This document shows, piece by piece, positions 35,701 to 42,438 of a DNA stretch of 64,000 nucleotides; the first letter of the stretch is position 1; each line of letters opens with the position of its first letter. The notes beneath the pieces were generated by a model. The model searched no databases. It was not told where the DNA came from and worked only from the letters and a program-made list of their open reading frames with translations. This DNA comes from an uncultured Lachnospiraceae bacterium (GTDB taxonomy: Bacteria > Bacillota > Clostridia > Lachnospirales > Lachnospiraceae), in contig CANPZL010000001.1 of the NCBI GenBank assembly GCA_947589055.1, positions 58,697 to 122,696 of the forward strand, read 5' to 3'. The position numbers and the translations under genes are program-made.

Positions 35701-36214
35701 AATAATTCTCTTTTCCAAAAATCGCCTGATACTTTAACGCTGCTTCCCTCGCTTCCATCAAAAAACCTCTGCGTATCTGTACCGCCACTTCTCCTGCCAG
35801 ACAAGCACTTAAGGCGATGATTCCTTCATGGAATTCCTGCAGGATCTCCATGTCCACCCTTGGCCGATAATAGTAGCCTTCCGTAAATCCTCTGGAAACA
35901 ATCTTCATCAGGTTATGATACCCCAGATCATTTTCCGCAAGCAAAACCAAATGATAATACCGATCCTCGCCTTTTCCTGCCTCCCGGTCGAATCTGGAGC
36001 CGGGTGCCACATAGATCTCACAGCCGATGATCGGTTTAATCCCAACCGCTTTTGCCGCCTGATAAAACTCAATGACGCCATACATGACACCATGGTCGGT
36101 AATCGCAATGCTATCCATTCCAAGCTCTTTTGTCCTTGCTACCAGTTCCTTTATCTTACTGGCACCGTCCAACAGACTGTATTCCGTATGAACGTGTAAA
36201 TGTGTAAAATTCAT
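32744..36214 (-). CDS. dnaE: DNA polymerase III alpha subunit
   Basis: The track start at 36226 is a GTG. The ATG at 36214 (MNFTHLHVHTEYSLLDG, PHP domain) has a GAGGAAG RBS. The product is about 1156 aa. The stop overlaps the trmH-like start by 4 nt. Confidence 0.95.
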   Translation of the reverse strand: MNFTHLHVHTEYSLLDGASKIKELVARTKELGMDSIAITDHGVMYGVIEFYQAAKAVGIKPIIGCEIYVAPGSRFDREAGKGEDRYYHLVLLAENDLGYHNLMKIVSRGFTEGYYYRPRVDMEILQEFHEGIIALSACLAGEVAVQIRRGFLMEAREAALKYQAIFGKENYYLELQDHGLPEQTTVNTELIKMHQELAIPLVATNDIHYVNKEDAEAHDFLLCIQTNKKLKDEDRMRYEGGQYYLKSPKEMEELFPYAREALENTYRIAQRCNVEIVFGEQKVPKYEVPAPYDAFGYLEYLCAEGLKRRYQSVTDELKERLEYELATIQNMGYVDYFLIVWDFIHYAKEHGIPVGPGRGSAAGSLVSYCLEITNIDPIRYNLLFERFLNPERVSMPDIDIDFCYVRRQEVIDYVVEKYGKEKVVQIVTFGTMKARAVLRDVGRVLDMPYALVDSVAKAVPRDLNMTLDMALQISPDLKKMYEDEEQIRYLIDMARKLEGLPRNTSMHAAGVVIGQEPIEEYVPLSKGGDDAITTQFTMTTIEQLGLLKMDFLGLRTLTVIQDACDMITNERGQTFRIDDIDYDDKNVYGLIASGRTEGVFQLESSGMKSFMTDLKPENLEDIIAGISLYRPGPMDFIPAYIEGKRKKTGIVYETPQLEKILAPTYGCIVYQEQVMQIVMELAGYTLGRSDLVRRAMSKKKADVMERERKNFVYGNPEEGVPGCVNRGIDAAVANKIFDEMTDFAKYAFNKSHAACYAVVAYQTAYLKYYYPVEFMAALMTSFIENAGKVTEYIYVCRQMGIEILPPDINAGKAEFSVKDGKMIYGLSAIKSIGKNVIDEIVKERETHGNFKSLQDFLERLPGKEINKRTVENLIWAGAFDGLEGNRRQKILIYPQLMAKVANAEKNSISGQMSLLDFLGEKEKEAFQVKLPEVEEYDKEERLSYEKQVLGLYISGHPLEDYVELLKTHADATAQDFVIDEETGDARVKDQQTYTIGGMVSAVTLKLTRNNQNMAFVTLEDMFGTVEVVVFPKDFEKNRQLLKQDAKLLITGKASVSEEEAKLLFSKAVSFAELPKDVWLQFETREAYEKLERQVYAIIDQYPGSSSVKVYIREGKLYKTLPVQFGIQGTGTAIEQLTALLGRDNIMVKDKSKKAGV

Positions 36215-36222
36215 ACTCTTCC

Positions 36223-36759
36223 TCACTTATTTCTTTTCAACAATTCGTGTCGAATATAGGAGAAGGTCCGTTCTTCCCCTTCTTCCGCCAGCATCGTAAG
36301 CAGCTGTTCCAGCAATGCACGGGTATTGGGATGCATGGGATACTTGTTTTTCCCTCGTTGATAATATTCCAACGGTGATCGATCCTGATACGTATCCGGA
36401 TTATAGTTCTTAGATGCGGCAATCCGGTCGCAAAACATCTCTACCACATATTTAACCGGCATTTCCATTCCGACAATTCCCTCCTCTGGATTCAAACCGT
36501 AGTCAATCCAGTATTCCAGATGATGCTTATTCCTGCCTTTGTGATGCAGCCATGCGCTAGTATACCCCTTTGCCTCCCGTTCCGCATTATTAGGGCTTCG
36601 GTTTCCTTGGTAGTATTTTGCTCCTACGGAAAATTCTGTCCATGAATATTTAGAAAGGTCATGAAGCAATCCCTGTCTGTATAAACCACAAGCAAAACAA
36701 TACTTCATTACCAGCCATTTATGATGATTGATCGTTCTTAAATGAGAGAACCACTTCAT
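36223..36759 (-). CDS. Conserved hypothetical protein (DUF5662-like, His-rich helical)
   Basis: 178 aa. ..GLLHDLSKYSWTEFSVGAKYYQGNRSPNNAEREAKGYTSAWLHHKGRNKHHLEYW.. The family name is from memory only. Confidence 0.45.
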   Translation of the reverse strand: MKWFSHLRTINHHKWLVMKYCFACGLYRQGLLHDLSKYSWTEFSVGAKYYQGNRSPNNAEREAKGYTSAWLHHKGRNKHHLEYWIDYGLNPEEGIVGMEMPVKYVVEMFCDRIAASKNYNPDTYQDRSPLEYYQRGKNKYPMHPNTRALLEQLLTMLAEEGEERTFSYIRHELLKRNK

Positions 36760-36894
36760 ATACCTATAACCTCGTTATCAAATAAACAGATGCTGTATAT
36801 ATAAATACACATTTCCTAATCTCCATAAAAAATAACTGTAAGAGAAAAAAAGATGTGAGTAAGGCATTGTTCTGCCTTGCCTCACATCTTAGTT

Positions 36895-37986
36895 TTACCG
36901 ATTCAGGTATTCCTGTAATGTAGAATCATCCACAATGATTCGATTGTCCATCGTTTTCATTAAATCCTTGATCTGTAGTGTGTTCTGTACCCGCTCCGAA
37001 CTCAAATCATACACTTGGTTCCGATCAAAGCTCAACACAATAGGAAGCAACGGATTTTCGTCGTTTTCTCGAATCACAAGCCCCCGCTCCCGATTGGTAA
37101 GCTCTACGCAAACCCCTGGTGACAAAATCCGAATGCTGTCCAGCAGGGCAGCTACTACCGCCGAATCAAAGTTCTGCTTATCCTGAAGCAATTCCCGAAT
37201 AACCTGCACCTCTGACCTAGGTTCTTCATACAAATTCATAGCGGTTCTTACATCATAATAATGTGCCACCTGAATGATTCGAATTCCCCATGGCAGATTC
37301 TTTGTCGTCGGGTCTGCCTCATAATCATACTGTTCATGACACCCCCGTACCAAACGCTTTACACTTGTATTAATATCCACATTATCATTGATCACATTGT
37401 ATCCGTCTACTCTTGCTTTTCGGAACATCTGCATCTCTTCCACGGAAAGATCATCTGTTTTATTCTGCATTTTTGTTGGCAGGAACAGCCTTCCTACATC
37501 ATATAAAAGTGCAGCAACCACAATATTCATCTGCTCTGCACCGTCGACATGCAGCTTATGGGACATCAGGGCGGCTAAAATGCCTACATTTAACGCATGC
37601 TTATACACATAATCCTCCGGGCTGCGGAGATTCTGTGTGAAATTGATCTTGTGCTTTAAGGAACCATATATCCGGACGATCTGATTTGCAAGTACCATCA
37701 ATTCAGAGGGTCGTTCTCCCTTTCGGATCGCCTTTAAATCATCCTTTATACTAAACACAGCCATTGTTTGAAATCGTTCAAACTCAACGTCCTCCGGCGT
37801 CATAGGCGGCAGCGGTTCTGCCGGTTCCAGAATATAAAGACCAATCAATTCAAAATTTTTCACACTATAGATGCCTTGCAGTGTCAGCTTTGTATTACGC
37901 TCATACAGCAACACCCCATTTTTATTATAAATTGGTTTTGCCAGACGCATTCCAACCTTTAACTCATCTGTAGGCACAAAAATCAT
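36895..37986 (-). CDS. Degenerate HD-GYP-like domain protein (catalytic residues substituted)
   Basis: 363 aa. HALNVGILAA..AALLYDVGRLFLP replaces LLHDIGK. CHEQYDYEADP replaces HHExxDGxGYP. Confidence 0.65.
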   Translation of the reverse strand: MIFVPTDELKVGMRLAKPIYNKNGVLLYERNTKLTLQGIYSVKNFELIGLYILEPAEPLPPMTPEDVEFERFQTMAVFSIKDDLKAIRKGERPSELMVLANQIVRIYGSLKHKINFTQNLRSPEDYVYKHALNVGILAALMSHKLHVDGAEQMNIVVAALLYDVGRLFLPTKMQNKTDDLSVEEMQMFRKARVDGYNVINDNVDINTSVKRLVRGCHEQYDYEADPTTKNLPWGIRIIQVAHYYDVRTAMNLYEEPRSEVQVIRELLQDKQNFDSAVVAALLDSIRILSPGVCVELTNRERGLVIRENDENPLLPIVLSFDRNQVYDLSSERVQNTLQIKDLMKTMDNRIIVDDSTLQEYLNR

Positions 37987-38102
37987 TTCAGCAACCCCCT
38001 TTCAGTTCCGTTTTTACTGTGTTACAATTAACATTATCATATCATTTTTCATGTTTTCTGTCTATAAAGAAAACAATTAGTTTTCTAACGAAAGGAGCAA
38101 AG

Positions 38103-38510
38103 ATGAAACCAGTCACCAAACAACGGATAATCGCCATATCCGTTCTTGTCCTTATTTTGGCCTATGCCTGTTTATCAGCCTGTTTTCATGTAGGGCTACC
38201 CTGTATTTTCCATACTCTGACAGGCTTATACTGTCCGGGCTGCGGTCTGGGCAGAAGCGTCCTGTCTCTTTTATCCGGTGACTGGAAACAGGCCTTTCGT
38301 TATAACGTTTTGCTTATGCCCTGCATCCTGCCCGGCGTTCTCCTGCTTCTTGAGTCCTTTGTAGAAGTCATGATGGGCAGACCTTATCACAAGATTCTTA
38401 TCATACGCATATTAGAGCGTTCCGGAATATTTATTGCTTTGATTTTAGTGTTTTTTGGAATTTTGCGAAATATTTTTCCCTTTCTGGCACCCGTAATTCT
38501 TTCAAATTAA
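38103..38510 (+). CDS. DUF2752 family membrane protein
   Basis: The ATG at 38103 has an AAAGGAG RBS. The GLYCPGCGLGRS motif and multiple TM helices are present. Confidence 0.7.
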   Translation: MKPVTKQRIIAISVLVLILAYACLSACFHVGLPCIFHTLTGLYCPGCGLGRSVLSLLSGDWKQAFRYNVLLMPCILPGVLLLLESFVEVMMGRPYHKILIIRILERSGIFIALILVFFGILRNIFPFLAPVILSN

Positions 38511-38611
38511 CACATATTTTTTTCATTTTACTTACACCTCTCATATTTTCTTGTCTGTCCGCCTGAATATATGCTATAATGCATTCATACTATGTGAGAG
38601 GAGGATAAAAT

Positions 38612-38875
38612 ATGGAACCCAGTAACAAATTTGGTTTGATGCTTGGTTTAAGTATTGCTGAAACTATTTGCTGTTCCCCACTTTTCGGAATCATCGGTAT
38701 TGTTATGGCAGTACTCGCAAACAATGCTTATAAGGCCGGTAATTATGAGGAGTATGCATCAAAATCTAAATTATGTTGGATTATGCTGATCGTAGGCTTG
38801 GTAATTTCTATCATCATGTCTATTATAGCATTTTCAACCGGTATGCTGTCAGCGTTTACAGACAGTTACTACTAA
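38612..38875 (+). CDS. CD225/dispanin-family small membrane protein, copy 1
   Basis: 87 aa with a GAGGAGG RBS. NKFGLMLGLSIAETICCSPLFGIIGIVMAVLANNAYKAGNYEEY is followed by a second TM helix. Confidence 0.65.
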   Translation: MEPSNKFGLMLGLSIAETICCSPLFGIIGIVMAVLANNAYKAGNYEEYASKSKLCWIMLIVGLVISIIMSIIAFSTGMLSAFTDSYY

Positions 38876-38897
38876 ACATCGTTAGGATGGCAAACCT

Positions 38898-38930
38898 GCG
38901 GCTTCTCATTATGAGAAGCCGCCTTTGGTT
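38898..38930 (+). terminator. Hairpin terminator between the two CD225 paralogs
   Basis: gcggcttctc (38898-907) pairs with gagaagccgc (38913-22), followed by ctttggttt. Confidence 0.6.
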
Positions 38931-38968
38931 TATTCCGGCAGGTGAAAATAAAGGAGGAATTCCTATTT

Positions 38969-39301
38969 ATGATACCAGAAAATAAATTCGGTTTAATGCT
39001 TGGTTTAAGTATTGCTGAGACTGTTTGCTGTTTTCCAATTACAGGAATCATTGGTATTATCTTATCAATTCTTGCAAACAATGCTTATACACAAGGCAAT
39101 TATGAAGGGTATGAATCAAACGCAAAAGCAGTTAAGATCACTTTGATCATCGGTCTCGTAATCGCCCTTATCTCTGCTATGATCGTAATCCTGGTATATG
39201 GAGCGGTAATCATTACTGCAATTAGCGCTGTTTTGCACGAAGGAGCTGTGATGGTTCCCACATCTACATTTCTTTCCGCTTTGGCAGGTTCTATTCAATA
39301 G
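38969..39301 (+). CDS. CD225/dispanin-family small membrane protein, copy 2 (tandem paralog)
   Basis: The ATG at 38969 lies after an AAGGAGG RBS. NKFGLMLGLSIAETVCCFPITGIIGIILSILANNAYTQGNYEGY is nearly identical to copy 1 over about 45 aa. Confidence 0.65.
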   Translation: MIPENKFGLMLGLSIAETVCCFPITGIIGIILSILANNAYTQGNYEGYESNAKAVKITLIIGLVIALISAMIVILVYGAVIITAISAVLHEGAVMVPTSTFLSALAGSIQ

Positions 39302-39340
39302 TCTGCCAATTCGGTATTTCCTTTGAGATTACATAGAAAT

Positions 39341-39366
39341 AGCGAGGCAGTCTTTTCTGCCTCGCT
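39341..39366 (+). terminator. Hairpin after CD225 copy 2 (weak T tract)
   Basis: agcgaggcag-tctttt-ctgcctcgct. Confidence 0.4.
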
Positions 39367-39453
39367 ATGGAACGAATTTTATCTTCGATTCTGTAAGTTT
39401 TAAAAAAAGATTGAAAAAATGGTTAACATATAGTATTATATTGCTGTTGACTT

Positions 39454-39526
39454 GCTGGAATAGCTCAGTCGGTAGAGCACTTCACTCGTAATGAAGGGGT
39501 CGAGGGTTCAAGTCCCTTTTCCAGCT
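39454..39526 (+). tRNA. tRNA-Thr (anticodon CGT)
   Basis: I folded the cloverleaf by hand. The acceptor is gctggaa/ttccagc, the D arm is gctc-agtcggta-gagc, the anticodon arm is cttca-ctCGTaa-tgaag, and the T arm is gaggg-ttcaagt-ccctt. CCA is not encoded. Confidence 0.9.
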
Positions 39527-39568
39527 TTCTTTAATGAATGCATTAAAAATGCATATATCCAGTCTGAA

Positions 39569-40864
39569 TCAAAAATTCCATAAACCATATAAAGGGACAT
39601 TCAGCCGCCCTTTATAAAATCCTAAGCCTTCCAAGGAAATCCGAATCGACATCCGGTTATTATATTTTTGATGAAACACTTTCAAATTCTGTGCCTTTGT
39701 TCGAATCGTTGCCTGTACATCTACCGGAATCACTTCCCCATCATCTTCAAAAATGAAATCCACCCTTGCGGTTGCTTCCGAGGTCCAAAAATACAGCTTA
39801 TCTACATTTTGGTTTAATGTCAATTCTGCCAATACATACTGTTCCGATAAGATCCCATTCATTTCGTCAAATATCTTTCGATTCAATTCCGCTTCTCCGG
39901 CGGTTATTCCGGCGGCCTTTCGAAGCAGGCCATGATCCAGATGGTATAATACAAAGGATTTTTGATCCTGATACTCGCTAAGCGGTGACAAGCCTTTGGT
40001 CACTTTTTGAATTTTCCGTACATAACCGGCATTGACCAGCCAAGCAACAGCGCCTACATATTCTCTGGCACGGGCCTTCGTATCGATCGCACCATACATG
40101 AATTTTTTATTGTCCTTTGTCAGCTGCATCGGAATACTGTCCCACACCTGCAATATTTTTTTCACCAGCTGTTTGGGTGCGTATTGCAGAATATTATCCC
40201 GTAATTCCTGTAGAATCCGGTGTTGAATTACATCCACTCGATTCATATCCCGATGCCGGATAAAATCCTGCACCACTTCCGGCATACCGCCGGTAATATA
40301 AAAGCTTTTCAGATAATTCAAAAGAATCGGCCGAACATCCTGTGCCAGTCCTTTTACTTTTTCCTGTTCAATGATACGGCACAATTCCTGTGCCTTGTCG
40401 GCAATCAAAAATTCTTCAAAGGTCATCGGATACATTGTCTTTATCTGGATCTCATCCACTACCAGATTCTCAGCCGGCAGGCGTTTCTGCCAAGAAGCAA
40501 TCAAAATAATGGAAAACCGGGTTCGCTGTCTGGCGTATTGCAGCACTCCGGCAAACAGATCTTCCTCAACCTGTACCTCATCAAAAACAAGCAACACTTC
40601 CGACGGATCCTCAGCATCCAAATCGATTCCAAACCAGTCAGAAAGCTGACGATCAATGAACTCCACCCGATTAGGCAAAAGGAACAGGCTGCGCAGGATC
40701 GGTTCTTTATCAAATTCAATATGCAGAGTTCGTTCGTAAAACGCCTTGGCAAAATCCATAACGCACCATGTTTTTCCCACTCCCTTTGCGCCTTTTATAA
40801 GAAGCAGCTTTCGATTTTTTTCCTCTCTCCATTCCGCAAGCTCATTTACCATATTACGGTACAT
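39569..40864 (-). CDS. AAA_14/DUF4143-type ATPase (widespread ATP-binding protein of unknown role)
   Basis: The track start is a GTG. The ATG at 40864 has a GGGAGGTG RBS. Walker A is GAKGVGKTW and Walker B-like sequence is LLVFDEVQ. Confidence 0.7.
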   Translation of the reverse strand: MYRNMVNELAEWREEKNRKLLLIKGAKGVGKTWCVMDFAKAFYERTLHIEFDKEPILRSLFLLPNRVEFIDRQLSDWFGIDLDAEDPSEVLLVFDEVQVEEDLFAGVLQYARQRTRFSIILIASWQKRLPAENLVVDEIQIKTMYPMTFEEFLIADKAQELCRIIEQEKVKGLAQDVRPILLNYLKSFYITGGMPEVVQDFIRHRDMNRVDVIQHRILQELRDNILQYAPKQLVKKILQVWDSIPMQLTKDNKKFMYGAIDTKARAREYVGAVAWLVNAGYVRKIQKVTKGLSPLSEYQDQKSFVLYHLDHGLLRKAAGITAGEAELNRKIFDEMNGILSEQYVLAELTLNQNVDKLYFWTSEATARVDFIFEDDGEVIPVDVQATIRTKAQNLKVFHQKYNNRMSIRISLEGLGFYKGRLNVPLYGLWNF

Positions 40865-40898
40865 TGTTTTCACCTCCCTTTGAATCACGTTATCCTAA

Positions 40899-42326
40899 TC
40901 ATAACACAGGTTGATTTTCCTGTAAAGTCGGGATTTTCCACGCTTTTTCCAAAGCATTCATTCCCTTCTTTATCTCTGCTTCCTGTAAATTTGCATATCC
41001 GAGCAGAAGCGCTGGCCGCTTTGGCTGACCGGCAATATAATAAGCAGACAAGGGATAAACACCGATTCCTTCTTCTCTTGCTCGGAGCGTAAGTTCTTTT
41101 TCGGATAACCCGTCATTTGGAAACTCTAACAGCAGATGCAAACCCGCACTATGGCCTATATAGCTGACAGCCTCTCCCCATCGTGCCAATTCTTTTAGGA
41201 TATAATCATGCTTGCTTCGATAAATTCCCCGCATACGGTTCAAATGTCGTTCAAAATACCCTTCTGCAAGAAAGCGCCTCACTGTTTCCTGATGGATCCG
41301 AGAGACAGTTGTGGCATAAAAAGCCGCTCGTTTTCGATATTGCTGATATAATTGTTCCGGCAGAACCATATATCCCATTCGAATGGAGGGTGCGATCGCT
41401 TTTGATAATGTTCCCAGATAAATTACTCTTCCTCTGGTATCAATTCCCTGAAGCGAAGGTATCGGCTTTCCCTGATACCGAAATTCACTGTCATAGTCGT
41501 CCTCAATAATAAACCGATCCGGTGCTTCATATGCCCAATTTAATAATTGCCTTCTTCGATTGATCGGCATTACGATTCCCATTGGAAACTGGTGCGAGGG
41601 CGTTACAAATACCAATTTGGCTTCCACGCTTCGCAGTGCCTGAATATCCAAACCGCCTTCATCTAAGGGAATCGGGAAAATGGGATAGTTAAAATTCTGA
41701 AATACCCGATACGCCTGTAAATAGACGGGATTTTCCATTGCAATTCCCTGCGGCTCCTGAAATAATCGGGTCAAAAGCATAAGAAGATAATCCGTACCGG
41801 CTCCAATAACAATCTGTTCTTCCGAACAGTTGACTCCTCTGGAACGATGCAGATATTCTTTGATTGCTCTGCGAAGCCCCGGCTCCCCTTGAGAATCACC
41901 GATTTGGAATAACTCTCTTCCTCCGTCCAGCATCGTTTCCCGCATCAGCTTCTTAAAGCAATGATAAGGCGCATGATCCAATGCAATTCCAAAGGGTGAA
42001 AAATCAATCGCATAGGGAGATTCTGTCATCACCGGATCCGGCTTCATCGACTTAGTCTCTATTCCGCTCATGCTTAAAAGTCCGTCTAATTCATTAACAA
42101 AATATCCTCGCCTTTCGATCGCTTCAATATACCCTTCCGATTCCAGCTGTGCATATGCCATATTAACTGTATTACGACTAATGTTCAGATCCTGTGCCAA
42201 AGCTCTGGCAGAAGGCAGCCGCTCGTGGCAGGCCAGCCCTCCCTGCTGTATTTCCTTTACGATATATTGATAAATCTGCTGATACATCGGTTTCCCGACT
42301 GAATGTTCAAGTGATATATGAAACAC
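40899..42326 (-). CDS. MocR/GabR/PdxR-type regulator (GntR wHTH fused to a PLP aminotransferase-like domain)
   Basis: 475 aa. GTG start with an AAGGAGG RBS. ..PMYQQIYQYIVKEIQQGGLACHERLPSARALAQDLNISRNTV.. is followed by a fold-type-I aminotransferase-like domain. Confidence 0.85.
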   Translation of the reverse strand: MFHISLEHSVGKPMYQQIYQYIVKEIQQGGLACHERLPSARALAQDLNISRNTVNMAYAQLESEGYIEAIERRGYFVNELDGLLSMSGIETKSMKPDPVMTESPYAIDFSPFGIALDHAPYHCFKKLMRETMLDGGRELFQIGDSQGEPGLRRAIKEYLHRSRGVNCSEEQIVIGAGTDYLLMLLTRLFQEPQGIAMENPVYLQAYRVFQNFNYPIFPIPLDEGGLDIQALRSVEAKLVFVTPSHQFPMGIVMPINRRRQLLNWAYEAPDRFIIEDDYDSEFRYQGKPIPSLQGIDTRGRVIYLGTLSKAIAPSIRMGYMVLPEQLYQQYRKRAAFYATTVSRIHQETVRRFLAEGYFERHLNRMRGIYRSKHDYILKELARWGEAVSYIGHSAGLHLLLEFPNDGLSEKELTLRAREEGIGVYPLSAYYIAGQPKRPALLLGYANLQEAEIKKGMNALEKAWKIPTLQENQPVL

Positions 42327-42368
42327 CTGTCTGCCTCCTTTTCAAATCCACCGATCTGTATCATACTT

Positions 42369-42405
42369 AAAAACAGACCGGTTCAAACTTCCTTAAACCG
42401 ATCTG
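42369..42405 (-). terminator. Rho-independent terminator after the Sel1-repeat gene
   Basis: The minus strand reads CAGATCGGTT-taaggaagtttg-AACCGGTCTG followed by TTTTT, with one C.A mismatch. Confidence 0.6.
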
Positions 42406-42438
42406 CCTGTGCTACTTAATAATCATAGGTTCCTCGTT

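Noticed and set aside
40220-41092. A 290-aa plus-strand ORF.
   Set aside because: It runs antisense across the ATPase gene, the intergenic gap and the start of the MocR gene. It has no RBS and no recognisable motif, so it is a shadow ORF.
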